Below are positions 29,201-40,352 of a stretch of 64,000 nucleotides of DNA, one piece after another. Position 1 is the stretch's first letter, and every line of letters starts with the position of its first letter. Source of the stretch: a virus (lineage: Duplodnaviria; Caudoviricetes); the IMG/VR virus record IMGVR_UViG_3300028603_000018, positions 64,001 to 128,000 of that record; one strand, written 5' to 3'. Both the position numbers and the translations under genes were made by a program. Below the pieces are notes generated by a model. It saw only the letters and a list, made by a program, of their open reading frames with translations. It was not told the DNA's origin and made no database searches.

Positions 29201-32200
29201 TTAACCTTAGCCATTCATCAACGCGAGCATATTCTTCTTCATCATCAATCTCTATTTTTAAAGCATTAAGAATTTCTCTAGGATCAATCGTGCTTCTTAA
29301 ACTCGGAATTCCTTCTGGACTAAAGTTTAAATGACTTGTTAATTTATCTTCCAATGCAAAAATGCGTTCAAAAGCAGAGTCATCTGAACTAAAGCCGTAT
29401 TGAGCAATTCGATAAGAAGAAACTTCACCAGGTTTTGGCCTAGTTACGTATTTGTAAATACTGTAAGCTGCATGTGCTGTTCCTGCTATAGCTAAACCTT
29501 TAAGAATGATAGGAGAAGCGATAATGCCAGCAGTAGCACCTAACCCAATACCTAAAGTACGTAGAGCAAGACCAAATGCAGGTTTAACTAACCGCATTGC
29601 TGCATTATCAACCACTCTACCGACAACACGAGCATTCTTAATTAATCCAACACCTTTCTTAGCAGCCCATTTACCACCAGCAAAACCTTTACGTAAGCTC
29701 TGACCAGAGAATAGTCGCTTGATAAATCCACCAGCTTTTTTAATTGGTTTAATTTTATTAAGTGTAGCACCTATATTCTTAGTAGCATTCGCTACATTTT
29801 TAGCACCAGCTCGTATTGAAGTAGCAGCTTTCTTACCTGTAGCAAGCCCGCCTCTAAAACCACCAGGACCTTTAGCAACCTTAGCAGCTCCTCTACCAAA
29901 GATCTTACCAAGACCTTTACCTATCGCCTTACCGCCTAATAGACTACCTAAGAGAGAACCTACAGATCCTAAAGAACTTATTCCTAGCTTACCTAAAATA
30001 GCCTTTAGCGCTTTACCTTTTAATCCACCAAATAGATTCCCGAATAAATCATTAAAGATATTACTTTGTTCACCCTTTTCTTCACTCTGAGTATCTACTT
30101 CATCCGAGACCTCACTAGTAGCTCTACTCATTAAATCTTCGTATGAGCCTTTACGTGGTCCTTTTTCTCTTTGCTCTCTATCCTTATCGATTTTAAGCAT
30201 CTCTTTTAATACATCAAGAGTTTGACTTAATTTATCAGTAAGAGAAAGATTCATGGTATCGATACTGTCAGTGACAGGACTTTCTTCATCCTCTTTAGTC
30301 TTCTTACTAAACCAGTTATAGTTACTAGCAAAATCTAACGCTTTATTCTTTAAAGTTTCTACGTGGTTTTTAATTGGTCCAAAACCTACACCAACGCCAG
30401 AAAGACCCAAAGTAAACCGGCTCTTTTTAATAGCGTTAGTGATTCGAGTAATTCTACTCTCACCGTCTATTTCTCCTTTCTTGAATCGCTTAAAAGGATT
30501 GAGATTATTAAAGACACCTAAACGAGGTGAAGTACTGTCATCATCTTTACTAATGACTTCTTCTGCATCTTTAACAAATGCTTTAATTTGATCAATGACT
30601 TTCTTACCTTCTTCTGTAAGAGGATCTAAATTCGTGACATTGTCTAAGATTTCTTTAAAATCAATACCAGATAGTCTACCTTCTATATCAGTCTGAGCTT
30701 TCTGATATAAATCTTTAACTTTCTGAACAACATCTTCTTTTTCTAAAAGACGTTTAGCAGCTTCAGCTTCTGTAATGACATATTCTTTAACTTGTCGTGC
30801 TTTTGATCTAGCCTTTACTTTAGCGTCTTGTAAGTTTTTAAAGAATTTACTCTCAGTGAGTTTTTCTCTACCTTCTCTAACCCGACCTTTTATACTGTAT
30901 TTATCATCTAAGTTATCAAAGAGTTCCTTAGCGTCTTTAAAGTAATCAGGTTTCTTTACTTCAGGTAGTTCATCATCATAATCACCATCTACATAAAACT
31001 CAATTAAGCGCTTAGGATCAATTCTGCCTTCTTTAATAATACCTGCTTCTTCTAAATAACTACTTAAACCAGATTCTACATAGTTCTGAATAACACGATG
31101 ATTAGAAGAAATAGTACTACCTAAATCTCTAAAACGGTTAGAGAATTCTACTTCACGTTCTTTAAACTCATCATCCTTATAATACTCTTTAAATAAATCA
31201 CTAACTGTCTTAGCATCCTCTTCACCTAAATCAGCAAAGAACTCAGCACTACTAAAGTTTTCTCTAGAAGGTAGGATTTCTCTATAGTTATCACTTAAGA
31301 ACTTAATAGCTAATCTACGTCTTAACTCAGGATCGAGATTCTCTCCTCCGATTTCATCAATTAGATTATAAGCATCGCTCTTTACCCACTTACCACCATC
31401 CTTATTGATAATGTCACGAACAATGGATTGTCCGATACTAGAGCTATCTGTAAAACTATTAGAAGTATAATCGTAAGCTACTAATCCTGCTCTTTCATTA
31501 CCTGTTCTTAAGATGTGAATTTCACGATGAATCCTAGAGAGTAAACCCGGTATAATCTCAGTTAAAGATTTAGAGTCCTGTCGTTTCCATACAGCTGGTT
31601 TATTAATACTACTGATATTATCTACTGCTATATCTGTACGGGATTTATCGCTTTGAATTAATCCACCTAAAATACGAGCAGCAGGTGAAAGTAGTCGATC
31701 TTTCTTACCGTATTCTTCTAACCAAGGTTTGTAGTTTCTAGTAATGAAGTTTAACTGCCCACCTAATCGCCGAAGTCTTGGTCTTTCATTGAGCTTTTCT
31801 TGGATACGCCCACCAAAAGCATGAGCTAAGATAGTTGGTAAGAAACCACCTATCATCTCACCAGCCATGCGCTGATTAGACATCCCTCCCAGACCACTCA
31901 TACCAGACATCATTGATGCACTCGATGCCATCATATCAGCACCGAACAACATAGACTGAATACCAGTAGAGACTTCTTTAATAGCCTGACGGCTATTACG
32001 CATCATGTTCTCACGCATCTGTTGGAAATCATCAGCACGATTACCAAAGAAACGGTTAAAGCTTGTTCGCGTAACTCCTTGAGCAAAACGAGCACGAGTA
32101 TCTTCATGCTGCTCTACTTTTAGTAAGTCAGGCTTTTTAACTTCTTTAATTAATTCAGATAAAGCACTAGCTTGAAGAACTTGAGCTTCTCGCAAAACTT

Positions 32201-32930
32201 CTAAAGTTTTACCTTGAATAAAGTATTGCTTTAATTGTAATTCTAAACTCTTTCTTTGGAAGTTAATCTGTAGCTTATCATTATAAGCATTTAAACGACT
32301 AACACCTGTAGCAATTTTCTCTAGTTGATTATGAGTGCGAATTTGATGACGGCCTTCTACAGCCATTTTTACTGCTTCTCGTGCCTCAGTTCTTACTTCA
32401 GCATTTTCATCAGCTTCGACTTGTTCACCAAAGATCTCTTTTAATGTATTACTAATTTGCTCTTCAAAGACTTGAGTCTCAGTAAGAGAACGTTCTGTTT
32501 TCTCTCTATCTCTAGCCCAAGCATCTACTCGACCTTTTACTCCTTTAGGAATATAGTCACCAGCTAGATTACTCAAGCTCTCAACAGTACGTTTAACAGG
32601 AGAGATGACTTTACTATACTCTTGAACTCCTTCATCGTATAGTTGTTTTACACCCTCTCCTAACTCCATTAAATCACCGACAGCCTGACCATACCCCACA
32701 GGTAAAGTCTTACTAGCGACTGTTCTAGCGGTACTAGAAGAGAGCATAGAACTACCTGCTCCTGACAGTATGCCCTTCGCAAAGTCTTTAACCTTATCAA
32801 ATCTAGTCTTAGGCTTGTCGTTAAATAAATCCCCAAACCCATCGTCAAAATTATCGAAAGGGTCTGTGATAAAATCTTCAGTTTTCTTAACCATGTAAGA
32901 AAGCTCCGTTATTTTAATATTCAATAGCAC
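26220..32930 (-). CDS. Tape-measure / virion lytic transglycosylase (phiKZ gp181-like); start probably ATG about 32894 (MVKK)
   Basis: 2236 aa; FQRKSLELQ and SLTEIIPGLLSRI motifs; SLT domain IGLESDF...SSAMGLGQFIKSTW...LYLAHFLGPGGA (about 27400-27900); divergent from the vRNAP beta' gene. Confidence 0.85.
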   Translation of the reverse strand: MLLNIKITELSYMVKKTEDFITDPFDNFDDGFGDLFNDKPKTRFDKVKDFAKGILSGAGSSMLSSSTARTVASKTLPVGYGQAVGDLMELGEGVKQLYDEGVQEYSKVISPVKRTVESLSNLAGDYIPKGVKGRVDAWARDREKTERSLTETQVFEEQISNTLKEIFGEQVEADENAEVRTEAREAVKMAVEGRHQIRTHNQLEKIATGVSRLNAYNDKLQINFQRKSLELQLKQYFIQGKTLEVLREAQVLQASALSELIKEVKKPDLLKVEQHEDTRARFAQGVTRTSFNRFFGNRADDFQQMRENMMRNSRQAIKEVSTGIQSMLFGADMMASSASMMSGMSGLGGMSNQRMAGEMIGGFLPTILAHAFGGRIQEKLNERPRLRRLGGQLNFITRNYKPWLEEYGKKDRLLSPAARILGGLIQSDKSRTDIAVDNISSINKPAVWKRQDSKSLTEIIPGLLSRIHREIHILRTGNERAGLVAYDYTSNSFTDSSSIGQSIVRDIINKDGGKWVKSDAYNLIDEIGGENLDPELRRRLAIKFLSDNYREILPSRENFSSAEFFADLGEEDAKTVSDLFKEYYKDDEFKEREVEFSNRFRDLGSTISSNHRVIQNYVESGLSSYLEEAGIIKEGRIDPKRLIEFYVDGDYDDELPEVKKPDYFKDAKELFDNLDDKYSIKGRVREGREKLTESKFFKNLQDAKVKARSKARQVKEYVITEAEAAKRLLEKEDVVQKVKDLYQKAQTDIEGRLSGIDFKEILDNVTNLDPLTEEGKKVIDQIKAFVKDAEEVISKDDDSTSPRLGVFNNLNPFKRFKKGEIDGESRITRITNAIKKSRFTLGLSGVGVGFGPIKNHVETLKNKALDFASNYNWFSKKTKEDEESPVTDSIDTMNLSLTDKLSQTLDVLKEMLKIDKDREQREKGPRKGSYEDLMSRATSEVSDEVDTQSEEKGEQSNIFNDLFGNLFGGLKGKALKAILGKLGISSLGSVGSLLGSLLGGKAIGKGLGKIFGRGAAKVAKGPGGFRGGLATGKKAATSIRAGAKNVANATKNIGATLNKIKPIKKAGGFIKRLFSGQSLRKGFAGGKWAAKKGVGLIKNARVVGRVVDNAAMRLVKPAFGLALRTLGIGLGATAGIIASPIILKGLAIAGTAHAAYSIYKYVTRPKPGEVSSYRIAQYGFSSDDSAFERIFALEDKLTSHLNFSPEGIPSLRSTIDPREILNALKIEIDDEEEYARVDEWLRLRFIPIFLIHIGIISRIAGNTDLQKVDKLKPEDKIRYHQATRFKNGPYEVDSNPFSEKPLVMGPVEVDSIWNEVDKKLSTKIGNKKRAELLKEQSANPEDKATEQPKKEGEESKEADPKLLHGQSVKEAGKTITSSYASKVELINNRVPSYIKAVDAVRFKTYGLSEFTLSKVKILRELESYCTEGLRVQDNETVIWEGDLSSVHETFLPHFGISSPSSERAALFNRWFSLRFLPVYTTAASIIQQKTKSNLVQYQLDMMGASDRLEFARIVSSVMTTVDGIKVSVWSITDSPWDDIELNTDSKTVEINIKAIEKEASDTKLNQEQALNTTSSSTKAALSTFIPQEQSNVRGLGSPINRTEAHASGADHGSMYRTKSEPQVYGIHGQVSGFGLPGEDRGALPTDLGEVSLGKGTDTKYEGIPLPTGDNSYLHYKDMIDGVAKAAGVSATDLATYIGLESDFRNQARPGTSSAMGLGQFIKSTWEAMIKRYGGKYGLQPGVSRLDPIANSLMTAEYMKENHKTLTNNFPNRKISMLDLYLAHFLGPGGATSFLKAMGNNPGAVAAQLLPKAANANKWVFYDKETRRPRTFADIINYFQSRIRSVRKRHLGIKAGTETGHFPPPDTHSGVILPATGSSEGINTSISESNVPTVAPETVSRSSTLPLGGSIIPKEDGGRDPSEYRSEVGANVNVSTPSDNPLGGTGITSNRIQGHDPRTSVGENNISTKTTLTLSLTRTTTKEKVMVGKLQLSNGEVFSTIELSDNFKPGTYELIPSVNKSQGSVYEIWSGNNKVGVLSSGNGSNADQTVSRNNEIIIGQLINKQAGDVTIRNSLTAFNTLMSKIGDNKVRFSVTGGNLTTTAEKAVEENKGRVGIYPSEDKRTGMPTALGNQSITGLMPETMYQQAAAKQQTDKDLHLEAMTKSRDIAQEQLTVLQSMSKDISKISHALSKDSMTELFSKVSGLNKPTTPEEAAYFNRQRNKDNWPTPIVNTRRNI

Positions 32931-32966
32931 TCTATATATGAGTGTTTCTCAATTAGAGGTCATAAC

Positions 32967-35228
32967 ATGTCTGTGTCTAATCTAGACAAAGCATTTAATA
33001 TTAGTATTCTCTATCTAACACCATTGAATCTAAGAGGCTTAGGATTAATCGATACACTGGATACTTACGATGTAAATGGTGAGTTCAGTGATCGTGGTCT
33101 TTACTCTATTGATTACTTTGGTCCAGTAGGAGATCTACGACGTTCTCGTCGACTTGCATATATTGATATCAAGATGGAGGTTATTCATCCTCTTATCTAT
33201 AAATCCTTAGTAAAACTAAAAGGCTTTTACGAAGATATTATCCTAGGTAAGAAATATGCTATTTGGAATAAACTCACTAAAGACTTCGAACCAGCAGATG
33301 CATTAACTGGTCAAACTGGTTTTAATTTCTTTCTTAATCACTGGATGGATATTGATCTCGTTAGAAATAAGAGTACAGCTAGAAACGAGAGAGTTACTTT
33401 TATTGAGAATAATAAAAGTAAAGCACTTACTAATAAAATCCTAGTTATTCCAGCAGGTATTAGGGACATGACAGTAGGTGCAGATGGTAGACCAGTTAGT
33501 GATGAGATCAATAATATCTACCGTCGATTAATTGGGGTATCAAACACTATTACTGAAGCAGCTATTGAACACAACCCAGAACTCTTTGATAATTCTCGAT
33601 TACGATTACAATTAGTCTTTAATGAGTTATATGAGTATATTACCCAATTACTTAAAGGAAAAAAGAAACTCATTACAGGGAAGCTAACCTCACGTAGAAT
33701 CCATAATGGGACTTCAAACGTTATTAGTGCTTATATCCCTACAGTAAAGCGCTTAGGTGAGCCAGGATCTATCTCAGTTAATAATACCATTGTAGGATTA
33801 CAACAATTCTTAGTCTCTATTGGTCAAACAGCTAAGTATTATATTAAGAATGGTCCATTAAAAGAAGTATTCATCTCTCCTGACCTACCAGCTCGACTCA
33901 TTAACAAAAAGACACTAGAGCAAGAAGAAGTCGATATCTCTATTGAAGCTTATGATTACTGGATGTCAAATGAAGGTCTTGATAGAGTACTCAGTGAATT
34001 TGCTAATGGTAATATCAGACACCAGCCTGTTGAGATTGAAGATCATTATGTCGCTTTGATTTATAAAGGACCTGATAATACTTTTAAAATCTTCTACGAT
34101 ATTAGAGAATTACCTGCTAACTTCTCTAAGAAGTATGTTAGTCCTATTACGCTATTAGAACTCCTATACCTCTCTGTTTATGAGACTTCAGCACAATACC
34201 CAGCCTTCACTACTCGCTATCCCGTATCAGGAGATGGCTCAATCTATCCTTCTTTCTCTTATGTTAAAACAACAGTGAAGTCTGAGAAGAGATATCCTCT
34301 AAATGAAGTATGGCAAAAAGACGATACTCTACCTATTGCTTTTGAGTTCCCTTTACTTAATTCGAGTTTCTACGATACTCTGACTCCACACACTTCGAGG
34401 CTTGCTGGTCTCGGCGCTGATTATGATGGTGATAACGCCTTAGCCCTTATTTATAAGGGATAATTCAAGAAAAGTGTATAACACCTTATCCTAGTAGTAT
34501 GAAAGTCGTTAAAAACTTTTATAACTTATATAGATAATGTCGAAGCTTTTACTAATAAAAATACTCAAAGTAATTTTATTAACCATATACATTTTTCATT
34601 ATTATTCCTTATTTATATTACGTCACCTATTAGTAGAAATACTAATACAATAAACCTCTTTAATTGACGGGAAAAGACTGTTAAAGTCTATCTACCAAGC
34701 TATGCATTGGAAACAACATAGTGGCTGAACTAATCACTCAGGTAAGGTAATAAAGATAGAACTGGTTTAATCCGCAGCGAAGCTCCTAGAGATACTTTCT
34801 ATAAGTATACGGAGTGCGTTCAACGACTAATGAAAGGCGTGTGTTAATTATAACACTAAACCGAGTAAAGTAGCGCCTAGTGGTAGGGTGTGTAGATTGA
34901 GAATGGGTCTACACAGTAAAACCCTTTAAAGCGAAATGGGAGGCACCTGACTGCTATTGTTAGAATAGTAAAAGGTGAAGATATAGTCTGAGCGTCTAGG
35001 GAAAGCCTAGAGTAGTAGTTATCTTAACTACGGGTATAGATTAACGAGCTATACTGAACATAACTGAGAATGTCATTTAATGCTTTATATACCGATGAAG
35101 CAAAAGAAGAAATACGGAAATTCTTAACTGAACCTAGAGCATATTTAAATACTAATGGTGAATTAAGAATGAGTGCTTCTTTCCCCACTATTGATTTAGT
35201 ACTCTATAACCTAACTTCTAGGAAGTAG
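32967..35228 (+). CDS. rpoC: Virion RNAP beta' subunit (phiKZ gp180-like), spliced: join(32967..34433,35067..35228), 542 aa
   Basis: GLYSIDYFG, TRYP and LGADYDGD catalytic motif. Exon 2 (RMSFNALYTDEAKEEIRKFL...LTSRK*) restores ADYDGD-RM, homologous to NADFDGD-QM. Confidence 0.88.
34434..35066 (+). mobile_element. Group I intron (633 nt, no intact homing endonuclease) in vRNAP beta'
   Basis: 5' exon ends in U (GGTGAT) and pairs with IGS GTCACC 34622-34627 (U.G wobble). P AATTGACGGGAAA 34662, Q AATCCGCAGC 34769, R GTTCAACGACTA 34818, S AAGATATAGTC 34978; terminal G at 35066. Confidence 0.9.
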
Positions 35229-35236
35229 AAAAAGAA

Positions 35237-38200
35237 ATGTTAATTTACGATACTTATTATAAACGCAGAGCTTCTTTTCGATTAGGTCAGATTGCTTCTC
35301 CTAGGAAAAATCCTTTAGAGACGATGGAAATGCCTAAAGGTTCCGTTTACCATTACTTAGGTGAAAGTGCTACACAAGTAGGTCCACCTGAAGATCTCTA
35401 CATCTATCGAGCAGTTAGTGATCCTATTCAAATGAATGTGGTCTCTAGTTATAGTACTGATTTTGAATGGAGAGGTAATCCTACTGTATTAGGTAGGAAT
35501 ATTCAATCTGATATTGCTAAGTACTTACGACTGCATCGACGCTATCGTCGTTTCCCTGAAGTCAGTAAGATCAAAGGTACACCTCATATTCAGTTACTTA
35601 TTAACTACGCTAACATTAATAAGAGTTATCGATATATCCAAAATCGATACTCTAGTTATAATGCTTGGTATAATAAGTTTGCTAGTGTATTAAGTAATGT
35701 TAATGAAGTAGCTACTAAGACTAATAGACAACAGTTCTTAATCTTTAGTTTACCTGAATTTATTCCTAGTGCTTCGCATCTACTCATAGCAGAAGGTCAA
35801 GCTGTTATTACAGGTAACTTATTAAATAGCTTTAGCTCTAATGAAAGTAGAGTTATTTTAGAGTTGTGGAAGTGGTTAAGTGAAGCTAGAACTAATTCAT
35901 TGTTTAATCTGATTAGTCCTCAGAACTACGATAAAGTCAACATCATCTTCCAGGACATGGGAGTATGGGTGGGTTATCGGTTAGATTCATTAAATAACTT
36001 TAGACTCCCTAGTAAGGAAGAATTAAAAGCTTATGAAGATGATCCTACTGGTAAAGTTGAGCCTAATACTAAAGGTATTCTACCTGACTTATTAAAACGT
36101 ACTTTCTTACGTGGATTAACTACTGTTACTAAGTTTAGGAATGGGGAGTTAATTGAAGAAGAAGAAGAACAAGATGTACTTGATGATGAGTTAGATGAAG
36201 AAGAAGATATTCAAGTACTCGATAAGGATGCTTCAGGTAATGCCGTTGTCTCTAGTCTGAAAAACATTAAAAAGAGTTTAGATGAAGCTGAAGCTTCTCG
36301 TGCTGAAAAAGAAGTCTTATCTCGTATTCAATCTATCGAACGAGAGTTAGAAAAAAGAAATGAGGCGAGTGACTTTATCAGTACTATCGATGGTATTGAT
36401 TTAGAAGAGTTTAGTAATCTCATTGATGAGGATCTTAGTGCTTTAGATAAAATCAATGAGAGATTGGTTTTAAATAAAGAAGTGGTGGGTCATTCTACGG
36501 TAGGTACTGGTTTAGGTGAACTAACTGAAAGAAATAAGAACCTACCTAATACCTTTGAAGATGGGTTAATGCGTATTGCTACAGACTATGCTGAAGCTGG
36601 TTTGTTATCTGCTACGGATTACCAACGCTTTGTTAGGCATAGTGAAGCTTATAAGTCAATTAAGATGCCTAATGGACAGACATTAGAAGAGTATATTCAG
36701 ATCGATAAGAAAGACTTAGAGATCGATTATAATAAACCCGTTCCTTCTGTTGATACTGTTAATGATCCTAGCTTGATTGGTTCTACAATGGTAGAGTTTA
36801 ACCGTAAGTATAATACGGAGCTTCTCTATAAAGACATTGCTAGGATGGTTCTAAATATGCAGTTCGGTGGCGTAGCTGTCACTAACATGAATATCTACAA
36901 GCAAGAAACTGTCTTAGGTAGTAATTACGTTTATGAAGTTAGGTTAGTTCCCGTAGATGGAGAGCCTGGTACGGTTCGCTTTACGATTCCAGAAGTATCT
37001 AAAGACGGTACATTTAGAATCAATGGTGTGAAGTATCGGTTTAGAACTCAGCAAGCGGCTCAATTACCTATTAAGAAAACAGCTCCGTATCAAGTAGCAT
37101 TAACAAGTTACTACGGGAAGCTCTTTATTAATCGAACACAAAGAAAGGTTAATGATTACGGTAGTTGGATTACTCGCTACATTAAAATGGAAGCATTAGA
37201 AGGGACAACAGATAAGATTCGTGATGTAGAGACCTTTCCTACTTTCAAAGCTAATGTTAAGCGTCCTAGAATCTTTACTATCTTAGCTCAGACTTTTAAA
37301 CAGTTCTCTGTTAAAGTAGATGCATTATCAGAAAGACTTTCTTTTGTTTTAGATGAAGACATCTTAAAAGAGAAAGACCCTACTACTTATAATGCTCTTG
37401 TAGATGAAGGGTTTATTCCTTGTGGTATTGTAGGTAATGATTTCTTAGTTGTTAATATTAACAATGAATTCTTTATCAATCGAAAAGAAGGTAAAGAGGA
37501 CATTGGTACTATTGAAACTATTTTAGACTTAGATATTCGAAAAGCACCTATCGAATATATTGAAGCAGGCATTAGTGGTAAAGACATCCCTGTTGGTTTC
37601 ATGTTAGGTTTAGAGATGGGTTTAGAGCAACTCATTGTCTTACTTCAACCTAGGATTCGACGTGTTCCTAAAGGTCAGTCTGTTAAACTTGAAGATGATG
37701 AGTATCGTTTAATTTTTGAAGATGAAACATTAGTCTTTAATAAAAACGATAAGACGGCTACTTTACTCTTAGCTGGCTTTACTAAGTTTCACCGTAGCCT
37801 ACGCCTTTATACAGTTAATGATTTCAATAGTGTTGCTGCTTATATTAACGTATTAGAAGAACATGGGATGACTTCCCGTATTGCTGCAAGTATTGATACG
37901 CTTAATAAACTCTTTATTGACCCTATCATTAGAGAGTTATTAGTAGATATGAATGAACCTACTCATTTTAGAGGCTTGCTACTGCGTTGTGCTGAGCTAT
38001 TGGTGGATGATTATGTCCCTGATGTAAAAGACCGTGTACGGGGCTATGAGAGGTTTGCAGGGGCTGTTTATAGTGAGCTAATCAAAGCTTATCGTGCTCA
38101 TCAGTTTAAACCTTCTCGTTTTAAGCAACCTATTGATATGGCTCCCTTTACTGTATTCAATAACATCAGTACTGATCCAGCTAAACTCTTAGTTCACGAT

Positions 38201-39998
38201 ATCAATCCAGTAGAAGACGCTAAGCAAATTGATGCTTTGTCTTATACAGGTTCAGGTGGTCGTAGTAGTCGTTCTATGACTAAAGAGACGCGTCTTTATA
38301 CTGATAAGGATCAAGGTCTAGTTTCTGAATCTACGGTTGATTCTGCTAAAGTAGCTATTAATAACTACAGTTCAGCAAAGCCTAAGTTAACTAGTGTACG
38401 TGGTACTTATGAGCAATTCAATTTAGAAGAAGATGGTGTAGGTAGCTTAATTAGTACTGCTGCCTCATTATCTCCTTACGTGCTGTACGATGATTAACAA
38501 TTAAATAATATTTGTATATTGTTTAACTAGTCCACTTAGTTAGTAATAACTAATGTGAATGCTTCTTAATTGCTGGGAAAGGCTTAGAGCTAAAGTAACC
38601 ACTGCGAGACGAAAGTCAAAGCCAAGGTTTGAAAATACTTTAGATTGCTCAATCAGCAGCGGAGATTCTACGTCTTATTATTTATAGTAAGATATGAATA
38701 GCGTTCAACGATCAATCCCTTATCAGGATGTAGGTCACAAGTGTGATCCAAACAGAAGCCTTCCTAATCACTAGGAAGAAGATATGATCTAGACATCTAG
38801 GGAAAGCCTAGAGCTGCAAGTAAAGTTGCGGGTTAGTCCTAACGAGACTAATTGAATACAATCGGGAAAAAGGGTCTCCTTTATCGGGGTCCAGCACGGT
38901 CATGGAATTGCATGTACAGGGTATACTGCTCCTGTAGTTAGGACAGGTAAAGAAGCTAGCTTAGCTCAACAAACTAGTGAAGTGTTTGCTAAAGCTGCTG
39001 AACAAGACGGTGAAGTTATCTCTGTTAAACCAGAAGGTATTATTGTTCGCTACGCAGATGGTAGTGAAGAAGGCTATCCTTGTGGGAAAGTCTTTGGTAA
39101 TAGTGCTTCATTATCTTTTCCTTTTAACATTGTAAGTAATGTTAGTAAAGGAGAGGTATTTAAAGCAGGAGATATTCTCACGTATAATACGGAGTTCTTC
39201 ACTAAAGATACATTAGCTAGAAATACTGTTGTCTGGAAGAATGCTGTGCAAGTAAACGTAGCTTTAGTTGAAGTACCTTCTACTTATGAAGATGCTTCAG
39301 CCATTACTCAACGCTTAGCTAGTAAACTTACTTCTAAGATCTCAGAACCTATTAACATCACTGTTCGGTTTAACCAAGCTATTCATGACTTAGTTAAAGT
39401 AGGTGATAAAGTTAAAGCTGATGACCATCTTTGTGTTATTGAAGATGAAGTTACAGCAGGTAGTGATCTTTTCGATCAGGACTCCTTAGATAACTTACGC
39501 ATTCTGCGCTCTCAAACACCTCGTGCTAAAGTCGATGGTGTTGTAGATAAGATCGAGGTCTTCTATAATGGCGAGCTTGAGGAGATGTCAGAATCATTAG
39601 CTGAAGTAGCGATGGCTGCTGATAAACGTTTAGCTAAAGAGTTATCTTCAGTAGGTAAGAAGCCCATGACAGGTTCTACCTTAGGAGAGAGCTATCGTAT
39701 TGAGGGTAATGTTTTACAGTTAGATGAACTTGTTATTCGTGTTCATGTTACTGAAGACAAAGGGATGGGTAATGGTGATAAAGCCGTATTTGCTAACCAG
39801 TTAAAAACTATTATCTCTGAAGTATTACCTGATCCTGTTCAAACAGAATCTGGCGTAGAGGTAGATGCTTTATTTGGTATTAAGTCAGTCGGTAACCGTA
39901 TCGTTAACTCACCTTACGATATTGGTATTGATGCTAGACTCATGACTAAAGCAACTGAGCGAGCTATTGCTGCTTATACCACTCCTATTAAAGGTTGA
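35237..39998 (+). CDS. rpoB: Virion RNAP beta subunit (phiKZ gp178-like), spliced: join(35237..38494,38865..39998), 1463 aa
   Basis: DGTFRINGVKY, ESTVDSAKVA and GNGDKAVFANQLKT motifs. Splicing gives SPYVLYDD-GKRVSFIGVQ, homologous to RpoB PFLEHDDANRALMGANMQ. Confidence 0.88.
38495..38864 (+). mobile_element. Group I intron (370 nt, ORF-less) in vRNAP beta
   Basis: Exon ends in U (GATGAT). P AATTGCTGGGAAA 38568, Q AATCAGCAGC 38651, R GTTCAACGATCA 38703, S AAGATATGATC 38779, P3 GCTTCT/AGAAGC. Terminal G 38864 rejoins the reading frame. Confidence 0.9.
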
Positions 39999-40010
39999 TA
40001 TTAATTATAG

Positions 40011-40054
40011 TAGAAAGAGGTTCCTTTTATCAGGAGTCTCTTTCTTTTTTTTTT
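40011..40054 (+). terminator. Intrinsic terminator after the RNAP operon
   Basis: AGAAAGAGGTTCCT...AGGAGTCTCTTTCT followed by a long T-tract. Confidence 0.75.
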
Positions 40055-40139
40055 AAGCCTTTAGAGGGTTTAGGTTAAATAAGTCTTTTAAACCTATGAG
40101 ATAATATAAACAGTCCCTTAGCTTAAGGATATTTTTAAA

Positions 40140-40352
40140 ATGAAGAAAGTAGATAGAGAACACACCACTCTCCAAACATTATCAACAGCTGTTGAATTTG
40201 GATTAGGTGTAGCTCAAGAAGTTTTAACAGGTAGTGACTTAGGTTCTTTCTTAAGTAAGAATGGTCGCACTAACCTAGCCCAACAAATGTTAACTGATAT
40301 TCAAACTAAATTTAATAAAGAATTAGGAGCTGCTCAATATGCTAAGCGATAA
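40140..40352 (+). CDS. Small hypothetical protein
   Basis: 70 aa with AAGGA RBS; overlaps the start of the next gene. Confidence 0.6.
   Translation: MKKVDREHTTLQTLSTAVEFGLGVAQEVLTGSDLGSFLSKNGRTNLAQQMLTDIQTKFNKELGAAQYAKR

Noticed and set aside
34434-38864. Inteins or intact homing endonucleases in the RNAP interruptions
   Set aside because: The inserts contain in-frame stops and no long ORF on either strand; group I core motifs explain them.
38982-39998. Independent 338-aa gene with GTG start
   Set aside because: The frame stays open and RpoB-like back to 38865, right after the intron's terminal G; it is exon 2.
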